A stretch of DNA of 58,375 nt, the filler included, from Sphacelaria rigidula (taxonomy: Eukaryota): assembly GCA_964200075.2 (NCBI GenBank). It is 8 parts of 8 records of this genome, joined end to end, with 100 filler letters (N's around TTAATTAATTAA, not from the genome) between each part and the next. Parts side by side here need not be neighbours in the genome. Positions count along the whole stretch, not along the records: positions 43,858 to 51,066 come from CAXNAA020015957.1; positions 51,167 to 58,375 come from CAXNAA020015958.1; 6 more parts are not named here. The stretch is one strand, 5' to 3'. Of this stretch, positions 48,431 through 58,375 are shown piece by piece. The notes under the pieces were generated by a model. The model was not told where the DNA came from and ran no database searches. It was given only the letters and a program-made list of their open reading frames with translations. A program made the translations under genes and the position numbers. Numbering within the stretch: position 1 is the first letter of the stretch; each line of letters opens with the position of its first letter.

Positions 48431-48659
48431 TGTTTCTCCGTAGAATGTGCCGTAATAGCAACTTCACTTTTCTGCAAAGCGTTTCAACTCACTTCCACCT
48501 GTGGCTGACGGGATATTTTCTGTCGTCTTGATATTTGTGCTACCGTCAGCAGTTAGGTTTCAAGGAAGCACAACACGAAGGAGCCAGGTCGATCTAGCTC
48601 GAAAGTGCGCATCAAGGACGACTACTCCAATCCGCCATCTCACCGTTTACAAGGGCTAC

Positions 48660-50495
48660 ATGGCTGAGTTCTGCACCGAGCACCCCAGGGCGGGAGTAAT
48701 GAATGTGGTGCACAAACCGTGCGGCGACGAGGGCTGCTCGAAGAAGCCGTCGTACGGTGAAGTGGGAAGCAAGAAGGCTGAGTTCTGCTCCAAGCATGCA
48801 AGGGCGGGAATGGTGAATGTGGTGAACAAGAAGTGCGGCCACGACGACTGTTCCACGAATCCGTCGTATGGTGCAGCGGGAAGCAAGAAGGTGGAGTCCT
48901 GCTCCAAGCATGCCGGGGCGGGCATGGTAAATGTAGTGCACAAGAAGTGCGACTACGACGGCTGCTTAAAGCAGCCGTCGTATGGTGCAGCGGCAAGCAA
49001 GAAGGCGGAATTCTGCTCCAGGCATGCCGGGGCGGAAATGGTAAATGTGGTGAACAAGAAATGCAGCTACGAGAGCTGCTCCACGAAGCCGTCGTATGGC
49101 ACAGCTGGAAGCAAGAAAGCGGAGTTCTGCTCCAAGCATGCCAGGCCGGAAATGGTGGATGTGGTGAGCAAGAAGTGCGGCTACGAGGGCTGCTCCACGC
49201 AGCCGTCGTATGGCGCTGCGGGGAGCAAGAAGGCCGAGTTTTGCTCTCGGCATGCCAGGGCGGGAATGGTGAATGTGGTGGTCAAGAAGTGCGGCTACGA
49301 GGGCTGCTCAACTAAGCCGTCGTATGGCGCAGCGGGAAGCAAGAAGGCGGAGTTCTGCTCCAAGCATGCGAGGTCGGGAATGGTTCATGTGGTGGTCAAG
49401 AAGTGCGGCTACGAGGGCTGTTCCACGAAGCCGTCGTATGGCACAGCGGGAAGCAAGAAGGCGGAGTTCTGCTCCAAGCATGCGAGGTCGGCAATGGTTC
49501 ATGTGGTGGTCAAGAAGTGCGGCTACGAGGGCTGTTCCACGAAGCCGTCGACCGGTGTAGCGGGAAGCAAGAAGGCGGAGTTCTGCTTCAGGCATTCCAG
49601 GGCGGGAATGGTGGATGTGGTAAACAAGAAGTGCGGCGACGAGGGCTGCTCCGCGTATCCGTCGGATGGTGTTGTAAGCAAGGAGGTGGAACTCCGCTTC
49701 AAGCGTGCCAGGGTGGGAATGGTTAATCTGGTCAGCAAGAAGTGCGGCTACGAGGGCTGCTCAACGAAGCTAGTGTTTGGTGCAGTGGGAAGCATGACGG
49801 CGGAGTTCTGCTCCACGAATCCTAGGACGGGAAGAGTGAACAAGGAGAGCAAGAGTTGCGGTGAAGAGGGGTGGTTCAAACTGGCTGTCCGTAAGAAGCA
49901 CACCGTTGATGAGGCAAAGGTCGGCCGACAAGATACCTCTGCACACAGGACAGCTGCGGTGTCCGACATCGTGAAGCTGCACACTGGGGAGGGCACCCCC
50001 GTCCGTAGCCCATCGAATAGTGGTGGAGGAACCGTTGTTGATGTGAGAGGAACAAAACGCAAGCGCGCAGGATTCTCGGGTTCTGGGACAAACAACGGTG
50101 TTGGTGCTCGCCGGAGTGCGTTCGCCGGTCCCAGGTCGGGTACAAGAACAGGACACCCAGCTTCAAGGCCTGGTGGGATATCGTCTGAGGCGAGGGCAGA
50201 AGGAGTGATGAAGGTAGAGCTGGCGGTCCCTTCTACTACACACAGTGGCGACAGGATTATGGAGGGTCGCGGGCGGGCTGGCCGTTCGAATGGTCGGACC
50301 ATTGAAGGTCATTGTAGCGCCATTGAGGTTGGCGGTGGTGGTGTAAGTTCGGGGCGGCTCTGTGGTTCGCCGGCTACGGTACGTAAACGCCTGGGCACGT
50401 TTCATGTGTACTTTGAAGAGGTAGAGGAGGATTCGGACGTGAAGTTGGAGCTAGGAGTGCCTAATCCTTCTCCTCGAGCGTACGATACATTGTAG
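48660..50495 (+). CDS. EsV-1-7 cysteine-rich repeat protein (frame open from 48501; first in-frame ATG at 48660)
   Basis: About ten 38-aa repeats KKCGYEGCSTKPSYGAAGSKKAEFCSKHARAGMVNVV (C-x4-C-x16-C-x2-H), then a low-complexity tail with KRKR. Confidence 0.88.
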   Translation: MAEFCTEHPRAGVMNVVHKPCGDEGCSKKPSYGEVGSKKAEFCSKHARAGMVNVVNKKCGHDDCSTNPSYGAAGSKKVESCSKHAGAGMVNVVHKKCDYDGCLKQPSYGAAASKKAEFCSRHAGAEMVNVVNKKCSYESCSTKPSYGTAGSKKAEFCSKHARPEMVDVVSKKCGYEGCSTQPSYGAAGSKKAEFCSRHARAGMVNVVVKKCGYEGCSTKPSYGAAGSKKAEFCSKHARSGMVHVVVKKCGYEGCSTKPSYGTAGSKKAEFCSKHARSAMVHVVVKKCGYEGCSTKPSTGVAGSKKAEFCFRHSRAGMVDVVNKKCGDEGCSAYPSDGVVSKEVELRFKRARVGMVNLVSKKCGYEGCSTKLVFGAVGSMTAEFCSTNPRTGRVNKESKSCGEEGWFKLAVRKKHTVDEAKVGRQDTSAHRTAAVSDIVKLHTGEGTPVRSPSNSGGGTVVDVRGTKRKRAGFSGSGTNNGVGARRSAFAGPRSGTRTGHPASRPGGISSEARAEGVMKVELAVPSTTHSGDRIMEGRGRAGRSNGRTIEGHCSAIEVGGGGVSSGRLCGSPATVRKRLGTFHVYFEEVEEDSDVKLELGVPNPSPRAYDTL

Positions 50496-50934
50496 ATGTC
50501 GCAATTCCTTGTACCGATCTCGTTACTCAGATTACCCAGGGTGTGTGTTTGCGTGTCCTCGTATATCCTCAGCGGAATCAAACGGCACGTGGTCGACATG
50601 GGTTGTTGATATCCCAGCGCCACGTTCCATCTGTTTTCGTCGAGGCGCCGTAATCATACTTGCGTTGATCGCGTGCTTAAGTGGAAGTCTGTCAAGGACT
50701 GGCCATTAGTACATATTACTATGCAGTATTTTCACGCACATGGAATATGCTCGACCTCGCAGGGCGGGCGCCGTACTGGCGAAAACAAGTTCACTTGTGA
50801 CAGGGGTGGGTATCGAACTCGGACTTGAAGACCCACTTTTATGGCAAGCACGAATCTCGTTTTTTTCAAGATCGGGGGGGCAAAATGTCGGGGAACGCAT
50901 TTCATGGACAAGGATTTGGACCACATCGGGGCCG

Positions 50935-51032
50935 AAAAAATCGGGGAGTCACGATCTCTGAACGGGTTTTGCCGATTTTTCGAAAAACTCGGGGGAAAAC
51001 CGTTCAGAGATCGTGACTCCGCCGATTTTTTT
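50935..51032. repeat. About 100-bp imperfect palindrome
   Basis: AAAAAATCGGGGAGTCACGATCTCTGAACGG and CCGTTCAGAGATCGTGACTCCGCCGATTTTTT arms, centred on TTTTTCGAAAAA. Confidence 0.85.
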
Positions 51033-51166
51033 GAGGTGACGTACGTGCATTGACCTACACTCCCAGNNNNNNNNNNNNNNNNNNNNNNNNNNNNNNNNNN
51101 NNNNNNNNNNTTAATTAATTAANNNNNNNNNNNNNNNNNNNNNNNNNNNNNNNNNNNNNNNNNNNN

Positions 51167-52500
51167 GGGGCTATCTCGGCAGCAGCCGACGCTCGTCGTC
51201 GCCGTCAGAATTGTGATCGCTAACAGCATCACGAGCTTGCAGCTCGCTCTGCGTGCCCGCTTCACGCGGGTCACACGCCCCTGTTGTTTCGATCATGCAA
51301 GGCATGTCCACAGCTACGCGCTGCTCCGGCGACAATTCCGCCAACCCGGCATCCACCTGTCCTCCAAGCAGATACGCCTGCGAACCATCTGAACGATATC
51401 CCACCATGTCACTGGCGCAGATAGATTCACCATGAGCACGGCAAGCTCCTTGCTCACCCTGCTCGTTCGCAATACGGGGATGAAACCCCCTGCAGCTTCG
51501 AGCATGCAAGGAGTATCTCCAGCTATGCGCTGGTCTGGCGGCAACAAGCAACTGGGACCTACGCCCACCAGTACTTGCTCATTGGCCCATGTAGGCCTCG
51601 CCCTCTCAACATCGCCAACAGCAGCAGCATTATCACCCATACTTGCGACAGCTATCACCTCCTGCTCAGCGCAATCCTGAACGGCAATAGCGGTAGCTGA
51701 GCTGCCTGCAGTCCGCTCGAGCTGCGTGGCATGTTCGCCCTCTCCAACAGTAATACCAGCAGTACCCCATCCAATGCTTACCGTGGTACTGTCGGCGGGC
51801 GCTCTCTCATGCATACCCGCATTGACAGACACTTTCTGAGCCTCCTTCCCGCTCTGCACAGTGGAAACAGCAGCCCTGTATCGTTGCTTAAGACGCGCCC
51901 TACCGACTGCACGTTCGGCGGGTGGGTGCACTATCGTGCCTACCCCCTCGGGCAGAGACGTACTTCTCGGCTTTCACAGTGCAAGCAGCTGCCCTGTACC
52001 ATTGTTTCAGACGCGCAGCACCTACTGCACGTTCGGCGAGTGCACTGCCGTGCCTGTCCCCTCCGGCAGACACATGCCTCTCGGCTGTCACAGTGCAACC
52101 AGCTGCCCTGCATCGTTGTTTCAATCGTGAACCACGTACTGCATGTTCGGCGGGTGCATTGTCGTGCCTGTCCCCTCGGGCAGGCACATGCCGTGTGACA
52201 GATGCGCGTTTCGCACTGCGATGCACCCCACCGGACGAGGCATTATTGCGCAACGCAAAAAGTAGCTGCTCGTTCTCAACATCATTAGCATGTTTCGAGA
52301 ACGTGTCACGCAGACATTTCGCAATATGTTTCGGCATTAGGTCAGCAACTGCTGCCACCTCAAAGAGATTTGTTCACCGCGCGTTCACCTGATCGACACC
52401 TCGCACATATTACTCGTATTTGCGTAAGAGCTCGGTCGATTTCTCGCTCGAAAAACTGCGGCCCTAGTACGGCATCTCCAGCGCCAGTACAGGAACAACA
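51167..52500 (-). pseudogene. Divergent gag-related relic with about 114-bp internal tandem repeats
   Basis: VADLMPKHIAKCLRDTF..ENEQLLFALRNNA aligns with copy A gag MQELVPKHIQNCVSDPIF..DEDELQQGIARHA. Three repeats at about 51855-52190. Confidence 0.55.
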
Positions 52501-53552
52501 CGACCACCGACGATGACATATTCCTGCACCTTGTACATTCCGGTCAGCAGTACAGCACTCCACACCCCTTTTTTTGCAAAACGAAGTCGCCTCCAACTCA
52601 CAGAAACAAAAACTCTCTCCTTACACCAAGACGCACTGCACCACCTTACAGTAGTGGGCGGTCTAACTATTTATTCTGTGGCGCTTTGTGATTTTTTCGT
52701 AATTGGCCATTTTCTTGGGCATTTTTCGCTGGCCACCGCTTATCACATCGGAGATCTCGAGATATGTGTATGCGCTCCACATACCAAGAAGAAAAATCGT
52801 CTGTACTCAATATTGAGTGACTTACGGGCTGAACGGTCATCGGGGGTCCTGCCATGTTTCAACCCAGATTCTTCCTCATCTGTATTTTTGGTCGATCGAG
52901 CCCGTCCTGATCATTTTTCTCAAGAAATGTACAGTTTCATTTTTTTTTAATTCCTGTCTACTCATTGCACTAGGGCCGGAAAACTGATTCACGGTCAATA
53001 ACACCCTCCTGATGAACGGGGTATTTACTCGTCTAGCCCGATAACACCGACATACACTAACTTGGGCACTGTGTTTCGAGGATGATCTGTTGTGTTGTAT
53101 CAAAATCCACCGACGCTAGCAATCTCGATTTCTATCGAAAAGTAGTACGCGAGAAAACCCCCAGAACACCCCTTAATAGTTAGACCGCCCAGTACTGTAC
53201 ACCACCTTAGAACGACGACCACACACACCCCTTCCTCACGCACGTCTCACCACGTGTTCGAAGTCCTTAGACTCCTCTCTCTGACCGTACCTGGCCAAGC
53301 GTGGAACACGCAACCCTCGCTGGCTCCACCAGGCAGTAATTGCGCCGCTTGTTTTGGAACGCTCACGGGCTCGCCANNNNNNNNNNCTCAGAACCTCCTC
53401 GGCTCTACTTCTCCAACTCCTCGCGACGTTAACATGCCTTGAGCTGGTCTTGCTTGCTGCAAACTGATCAGGCCTGCAGAATTCCCTATCCTGAAGTGTC
53501 AGCTGCTTTTCAGCGGACCTGCCGCCATCCAGCGGACATAATGAACATTTAT

Positions 53553-53820
53553 TACAGGCCTCTGTCACTCAAGATCAGATCGCCATGTGAACTCCTCCTA
53601 TTACGGGCACATGGAGCTTTAGTTATTCATGTATGAACCCTCAGCATAGTACAGGAGAACAGGACTATAGCCTCTCTCCACCAGAGTGGCAAAATCAAAC
53701 GTACAAAAAATGTCCCGAAGCTTATGTAACAATGATGACAAGAGTCTACATATCACGCCCGCAACTCCACCTACACAATGTTTCCCCAACCTGAGGTAAC
53801 AGTGGTAGCTAGAGTCTACA
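53553..53820 (-). repeat. Candidate LTR of a third related element that truncates copy B
   Basis: Starts TGTAGAC exactly where copy B integrase homology stops, is 268 bp long, and is followed by the degenerate palindrome ATAAATGTTCATT. Confidence 0.5.
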
Positions 53821-56800
53821 GCCAATGAACAAATAATCAAAATGCATCATCTCACCGGGCCGTGTGCCATGCACTGTCTTCCCCAGTGGCCGCGGGACCG
53901 TCTTACCCGCTTTGGAGTCCACACAATGCAAGCATTTCCTCACAAAATCTGTCATATGAGCTTCCATCTGAAACCAACAGCAATACTCTCGCAGCCGCTG
54001 CAGTGTTGCCACAACACCCCGTGCCTGTTCCCTTCATATAAGCACACACCATCAACCGTGTGTGCAGCTATTTTGCTTGCGGCGGGATCTAGAACACACT
54101 CCGCCCTGCTACGTGCACGCGAAATAAACTCTCAGCGTCTTCCGAAATTCGCCCAACAGCTGCTGCGAAAGTAGGGGCTCCAGCAACCATCACTCCGAAC
54201 CCGGCTTGAGCCTGCTCTTGGACCTCACGAATAGCGTCCTTCGACGGCAGCGTTTCATCGGGCTGACCGCTCGCAAACACGGCCGCAGCACGCACAGACA
54301 CCGCCGGAACGTTTACCCACCTTGACAGTAAACCTCCCCAGCAATCACGCTCACCAGCAATGCGCCTGATGGAGTAATCGTACTGCACGAGCACAGCCTT
54401 CCATTGCTCGAGCCTCTGGGCAGTAGTCTGAGACACGGACGCACGCCTCGGGGTTAAAAATGTATGCTACGTTACGATGATCGGTGAAGATATGTACCCC
54501 ACCCCATAGAAGATACTCCAACCTACGGTAAGTACTTACGATTGCATAGCCTTCCTTATCCACCGTAGTCCACCGAACCTGCGCTCCACGAAAAGTTCCG
54601 CTGAGAAACCCCATCGGCTTATGGCTGATGTCTTCCACCGCCAATATACCACCCAGCTCATCCTCCGGCACCTGCGTAAAAAGGCTTCCCCAGTGTAGAT
54701 CCGATGCGTCTGGAAACATGAGCATCTCATACCCTTGCTTGGGATATGACAAAGCGACATCATGCGCGACGAAATCTTGCGCCTCGTGCCACGCCTGAGC
54801 ACGCCTGGACGTACATGCCGACTCCCCGATTGTCCGGTTTGACGCCACTCGCTTGGTACGGCGCGCGTTCCCTGTATGTGTCCCTCCAGAAATACACGCA
54901 GCGGCTCCACCACCTCCGTCAAATGCGGCGGGGATGTTCTCAGCCAGTTTACCGCCTGCAGGAACTACATAAGCTCGCCTGCTGTGCGCGGGCGCCGAAG
55001 ATTGGCCAGCCCGCTCAGTCTCTCGCGGTCATGAGCCACTTGACCACCTGAAAAGACCTTCCCGCACCACGTGATCTGTGTCGTAGAACATACACTTGTG
55101 CGCAGCCGCAAAAAGACCAGCATCCTCCAAACGGCCTAAAATCTCGTCTAGTGTACACAATAGATCATCCTCATCTTCACCCCACCGCAAGATATCATCC
55201 ACCCATACTTTGCACTGAAGTCCGGTCAATAATCCGGTCATGATGCCTTGAAAATACCCCGTCGCATTTAACATCCCTTGCGACACCCGTGTGGGGGTAA
55301 ACAGACCTTCGGGAGTCGCGATCTTGAATATTTCTTGTGCATCAGCCGCCAACGGCATCTGCTGGTAACCCTGCAGCATATCAATCTTGCCAAACACGCA
55401 GCGCCTAGCGGGTCGATCACCTCCGCCCCGTGGTTAGGCATAACATTCGGAACCTTCCCAATCTGCTTGTTTACCGCGTGATAATCACTCATCAGTCGAT
55501 AACCGCCCTTCTTAAGCGTCGCCATGGCCGCGCTCGCCCACACTGCCTGTAAGCTGCGAAATATGAGCCCAAGCGCCACCAGCGTCGCCATATACCCTGC
55601 TAACCACGCAGCCTTTACAGGGAAATGAATACACCCGCGGGCTCGCCTTGACTGCTCTAGGCCCAAGTGTGAGTCTCACCCTCAATGGCTCTACACGAGC
55701 GGGCGGATCACCGCGCAGTGCTCGTCGAAAAGCGTTGACACCTCGCCCAACAACCTCTCGAAGCTCATCAACGCTGCTCGCCGACATCCCTCGTCCGCAG
55801 CCGCTTGTACTGCATGATCCAATGCAACACGACGCTCTGCCAGCTCCTCCTCTGGAGTCATGTTCATCTCGGGACCACGCGACATCAATCGCTCAACGGA
55901 GAGATCCACACGCTCCTCTTGTCCACCTGGATCCTGTCACGCCTCAATCGCAATGCTCACACGCCTACATTCTCGGAATTCAGGCGTATCTACACCTCTC
56001 ACTAACGCATGTCTTGAGGGTGCGAATGCGTCCAGCCCACTGTACACGTCAATGCCCATGGCCTCCAGCCTACCGCTCCCGATGATCACCACATTATCGG
56101 CACCTGGCATGACCGCATAATGACACGGATCCAACACCACCGGCCCCCAGCTGGTGTGCAGAGCGGTGCGAACTAGGCACGTCTTTGACTGCATATTCCG
56201 TATATTACCATCAGCTAGTTTCACCGAGTGTGCACGAGCCATGCTCGTGACGACTGGCACATCAGGGAACACTGCTTGCAACTGGGTCGCCACTTTTTCA
56301 GACATGATAGTGATGCCAGCCCCCAAATCCAAAACGGCAGTAACAGGCAAATGTTCTTGGCTGCAGAACCAGGAACGGACAAGTCTGCCCGTCAGCATCG
56401 CTGCTTGCGGTCAACTTCCACACCCTCAGCCTGTAAATCTGCAACCTCAGCGTTGTGCAGACCCCGCCATATCGTCATTGTCTGAGACGTCCACTCCTCA
56501 GCCGGTCCCGCCGACAGTTGGGGTTGAACTGCAGGAGCTGGAGCGGAAGGCTGGGGCGGCACCATGCTATCCGCGCTGCTAGCACCCCCTTGCGCTCCGT
56601 CTCGAAAGGGATGCGTGGTCAATTGTTAAACGACTAAGGCAAGCAACAAATGAGTACGCCCCCCCCCCTCCCACTGACCATGGACCTGTTGCGGCTGCTG
56701 TTGCTGCTGCGGCGGCGGCGACGACTAGGCTTGCCCACCTGACGCACTCACCGCGGCCGCAGGTGTGTGCTCTGATTGTTACAGTCCTTCTTACAGTGGC

Positions 56801-58120
56801 TTTGATCGCCACACTCGAAACAACCTGCGTAGCTCGGACCAGGTTTGTGGGGCTTTCTCGAGCTCTTTCCGCCACTACCCGCTGCGGCGGCCGCAGTCGC
56901 TGCACCGGTATGCGATGTCAGGTTTTTCGAGCCTTGTGAGCCGCTTTTTTGCCTAAGTTGTGGTTGCTGGCGGCGGTGTTTGTCAACCTCCTCAACAGTC
57001 TTCCATTTTCCCGCCAAGTCATGAGCTACCTCATAAACCACTCTCGGGCTCTCTTTCCAGTCCCTTTTCATATAGAGTATATTTTGAACTTTATTCTTGA
57101 ACTCAGGTGGGGTCAGGCCGGCGACCATAGCTCTGGTGATAATGTGTGCTGGACCAGCCTTGGACGTAATGTCAGATTCAAGGGAAACGCACTCCGCACC
57201 TGTATTTTCCGCAAAGTACTCCTGTAATGAACTAACTCCATTGCCCTTCCACTCGACCCATTGCAGTTGGTTCAGACCGTGCGGTAAACGCAAAGAACTT
57301 TTTCACGCCTGCTGCAGCTTCGGAAAGATCAATTTCCATGTCGATCCAGCATTTCGCGTGGCGTGCAATCCCTTGCTGCAATTCGTCTTCGTCGAGTAGC
57401 AACACGTCAAAGATGGTGTCAGACACGCAGTTCTGGATGTGCTTGGGCACCAACTTTTGCATGTTCAACAGTGTGCACTTAACCGACCAGCCTTTGTTAC
57501 TTTTCTCCACTGCCTCCTCATATTCTCGATACCGTAGGTAAAAGCGTCTGGAGGCTTGTTCACTGATTACTCGCCCATATTCGGGCACTTTCAACGATTC
57601 ACCCAAAGTCAATCCGGTTACTGCAAACTTCACCTCATCAACCGTCTCGCTGGTGCCCCCTTCCCTTCGCGCTGCTATCCTTCCGACAGCCTCCTGTCAC
57701 CACAGTCGCCTTGGATTCGTGTGTCCTGCGCCTCTCTCTCCGCCGCTTTCTCCCTCCCTGTTATTCAACGTAAGCGTCCTCACGTTCTACAAACGGTCGG
57801 GTGCGACTTCAAAAACCTAATCCAGAAACGGTAAGTTTCCTCAATAAACGTTTATTGTGAACCTGTCTGGAATCAGAACAAGGTTACAGTGCTGCTCCAG
57901 AGGCTTCCTTCCTGTCACGGGCTCCAGAGACGTCAAAACTCAAGCAGTTATACAAACAACAGTCTTTGTTAACCAGAAGTGAGCCTTCTTTGCTCCCCTC
58001 ACAAACACAATAAGCTACGCATTTCAAAATCATCCTCCAAACCGTTGTCACACGATCCAAACTGATATCTATATGCTACCGTACTCCTCATGCTAGAGGT
58101 GCTATTGTACTTTCTCTACA
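53821..58120 (-). mobile_element. Ty3/Gypsy copy B (same family as A): 5' LTR, gag, PR, RT, RH and integrase N-terminus
   Basis: Colinear with copy A from its LTR to about 27232. Carries CFECGDQSHCKKDC, WVDD, FTDHRN and CLHC. 5' LTR at 57856-58120. Confidence 0.93.
56594..56658 (+). mobile_element. C-tract-associated short element, copy 5, inside the gag of copy B
   Basis: Core motif followed by a C tract at 56659-56672. Absent from the equivalent site of copy A. Confidence 0.85.
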
Positions 58121-58305
58121 CATCAAAATCCCTGATGGCACTTCATCTCTTGCTATGCGTCCGTACCGTACGAGCCCCCCTTGGGCGGATAAGATCCAAG
58201 TAATTCTCGATGATTACTTATTCGTCGGTTTAATTCGGCACTCGACGTCTCCGTGGGCCTCGCCTTTAGTAGTCGTCCGCAAGTAGAGTTGCAAAATCAG
58301 ACTGG
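58121..58305 (+). mobile_element. Fragment of Gypsy family 1 RT
   Basis: IKIPDGTSSLAMRPYRT..IRHSTSPWASPLVVVRK is homologous to 20612-20795. Confidence 0.85.
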
Positions 58306-58375
58306 AGCAATGCTACGGTAGGGGTGCACTTTTTTCGCGAAATTTTGTCTGGTTCAGAGGCTCCTAACGATTCTA

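Noticed and set aside
47200-50495. Integrated phaeovirus (provirus)
   Set aside because: No NCLDV core genes were recognised. EsV-1-7 repeats alone are common in brown-algal host genes.

Overview
Eukaryotic, repeat-rich DNA, most likely from a brown alga (inferred from the EsV-1-7 repeat protein, TTAGGG-type repeats, a heterokont-like transit peptide and the intron style). The window is not one locus. It is eight pieces of 7209-7210 bp joined by 100-bp linkers (44 N + TTAATTAATTAA + 44 N), which points to size-sorted unplaced contigs, so adjacency across gaps carries no information. Host genes: a multi-exon membrane protein (possibly MLO-like), the 3' part of an ankyrin-repeat gene, an acylphosphatase-like gene and an intronless EsV-1-7 repeat ORF. 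Mobile DNA: a complete but degenerate chromodomain Ty3/Gypsy element with both LTRs, a truncated sister copy, other Gypsy remnants, two LINE remnants (one RTE-like), tRNA-derived SINEs, and hAT, piggyBac and other MITEs. The most unusual observations are: (1) a short element found 7 times, always ending at a poly-C tract, with a variable left end and 13-14 bp target duplications in two copies, which looks like a C-tract-targeting retroposition system; (2) a KDZ/Zisupton-like transposase relic head-to-head with the EsV-1-7 gene; (3) a palindrome in place of a tRNA primer-binding site after three Gypsy LTRs; (4) a TGT..ACA MITE carrying telomere-like repeats. All calls were made by eye without database searches.
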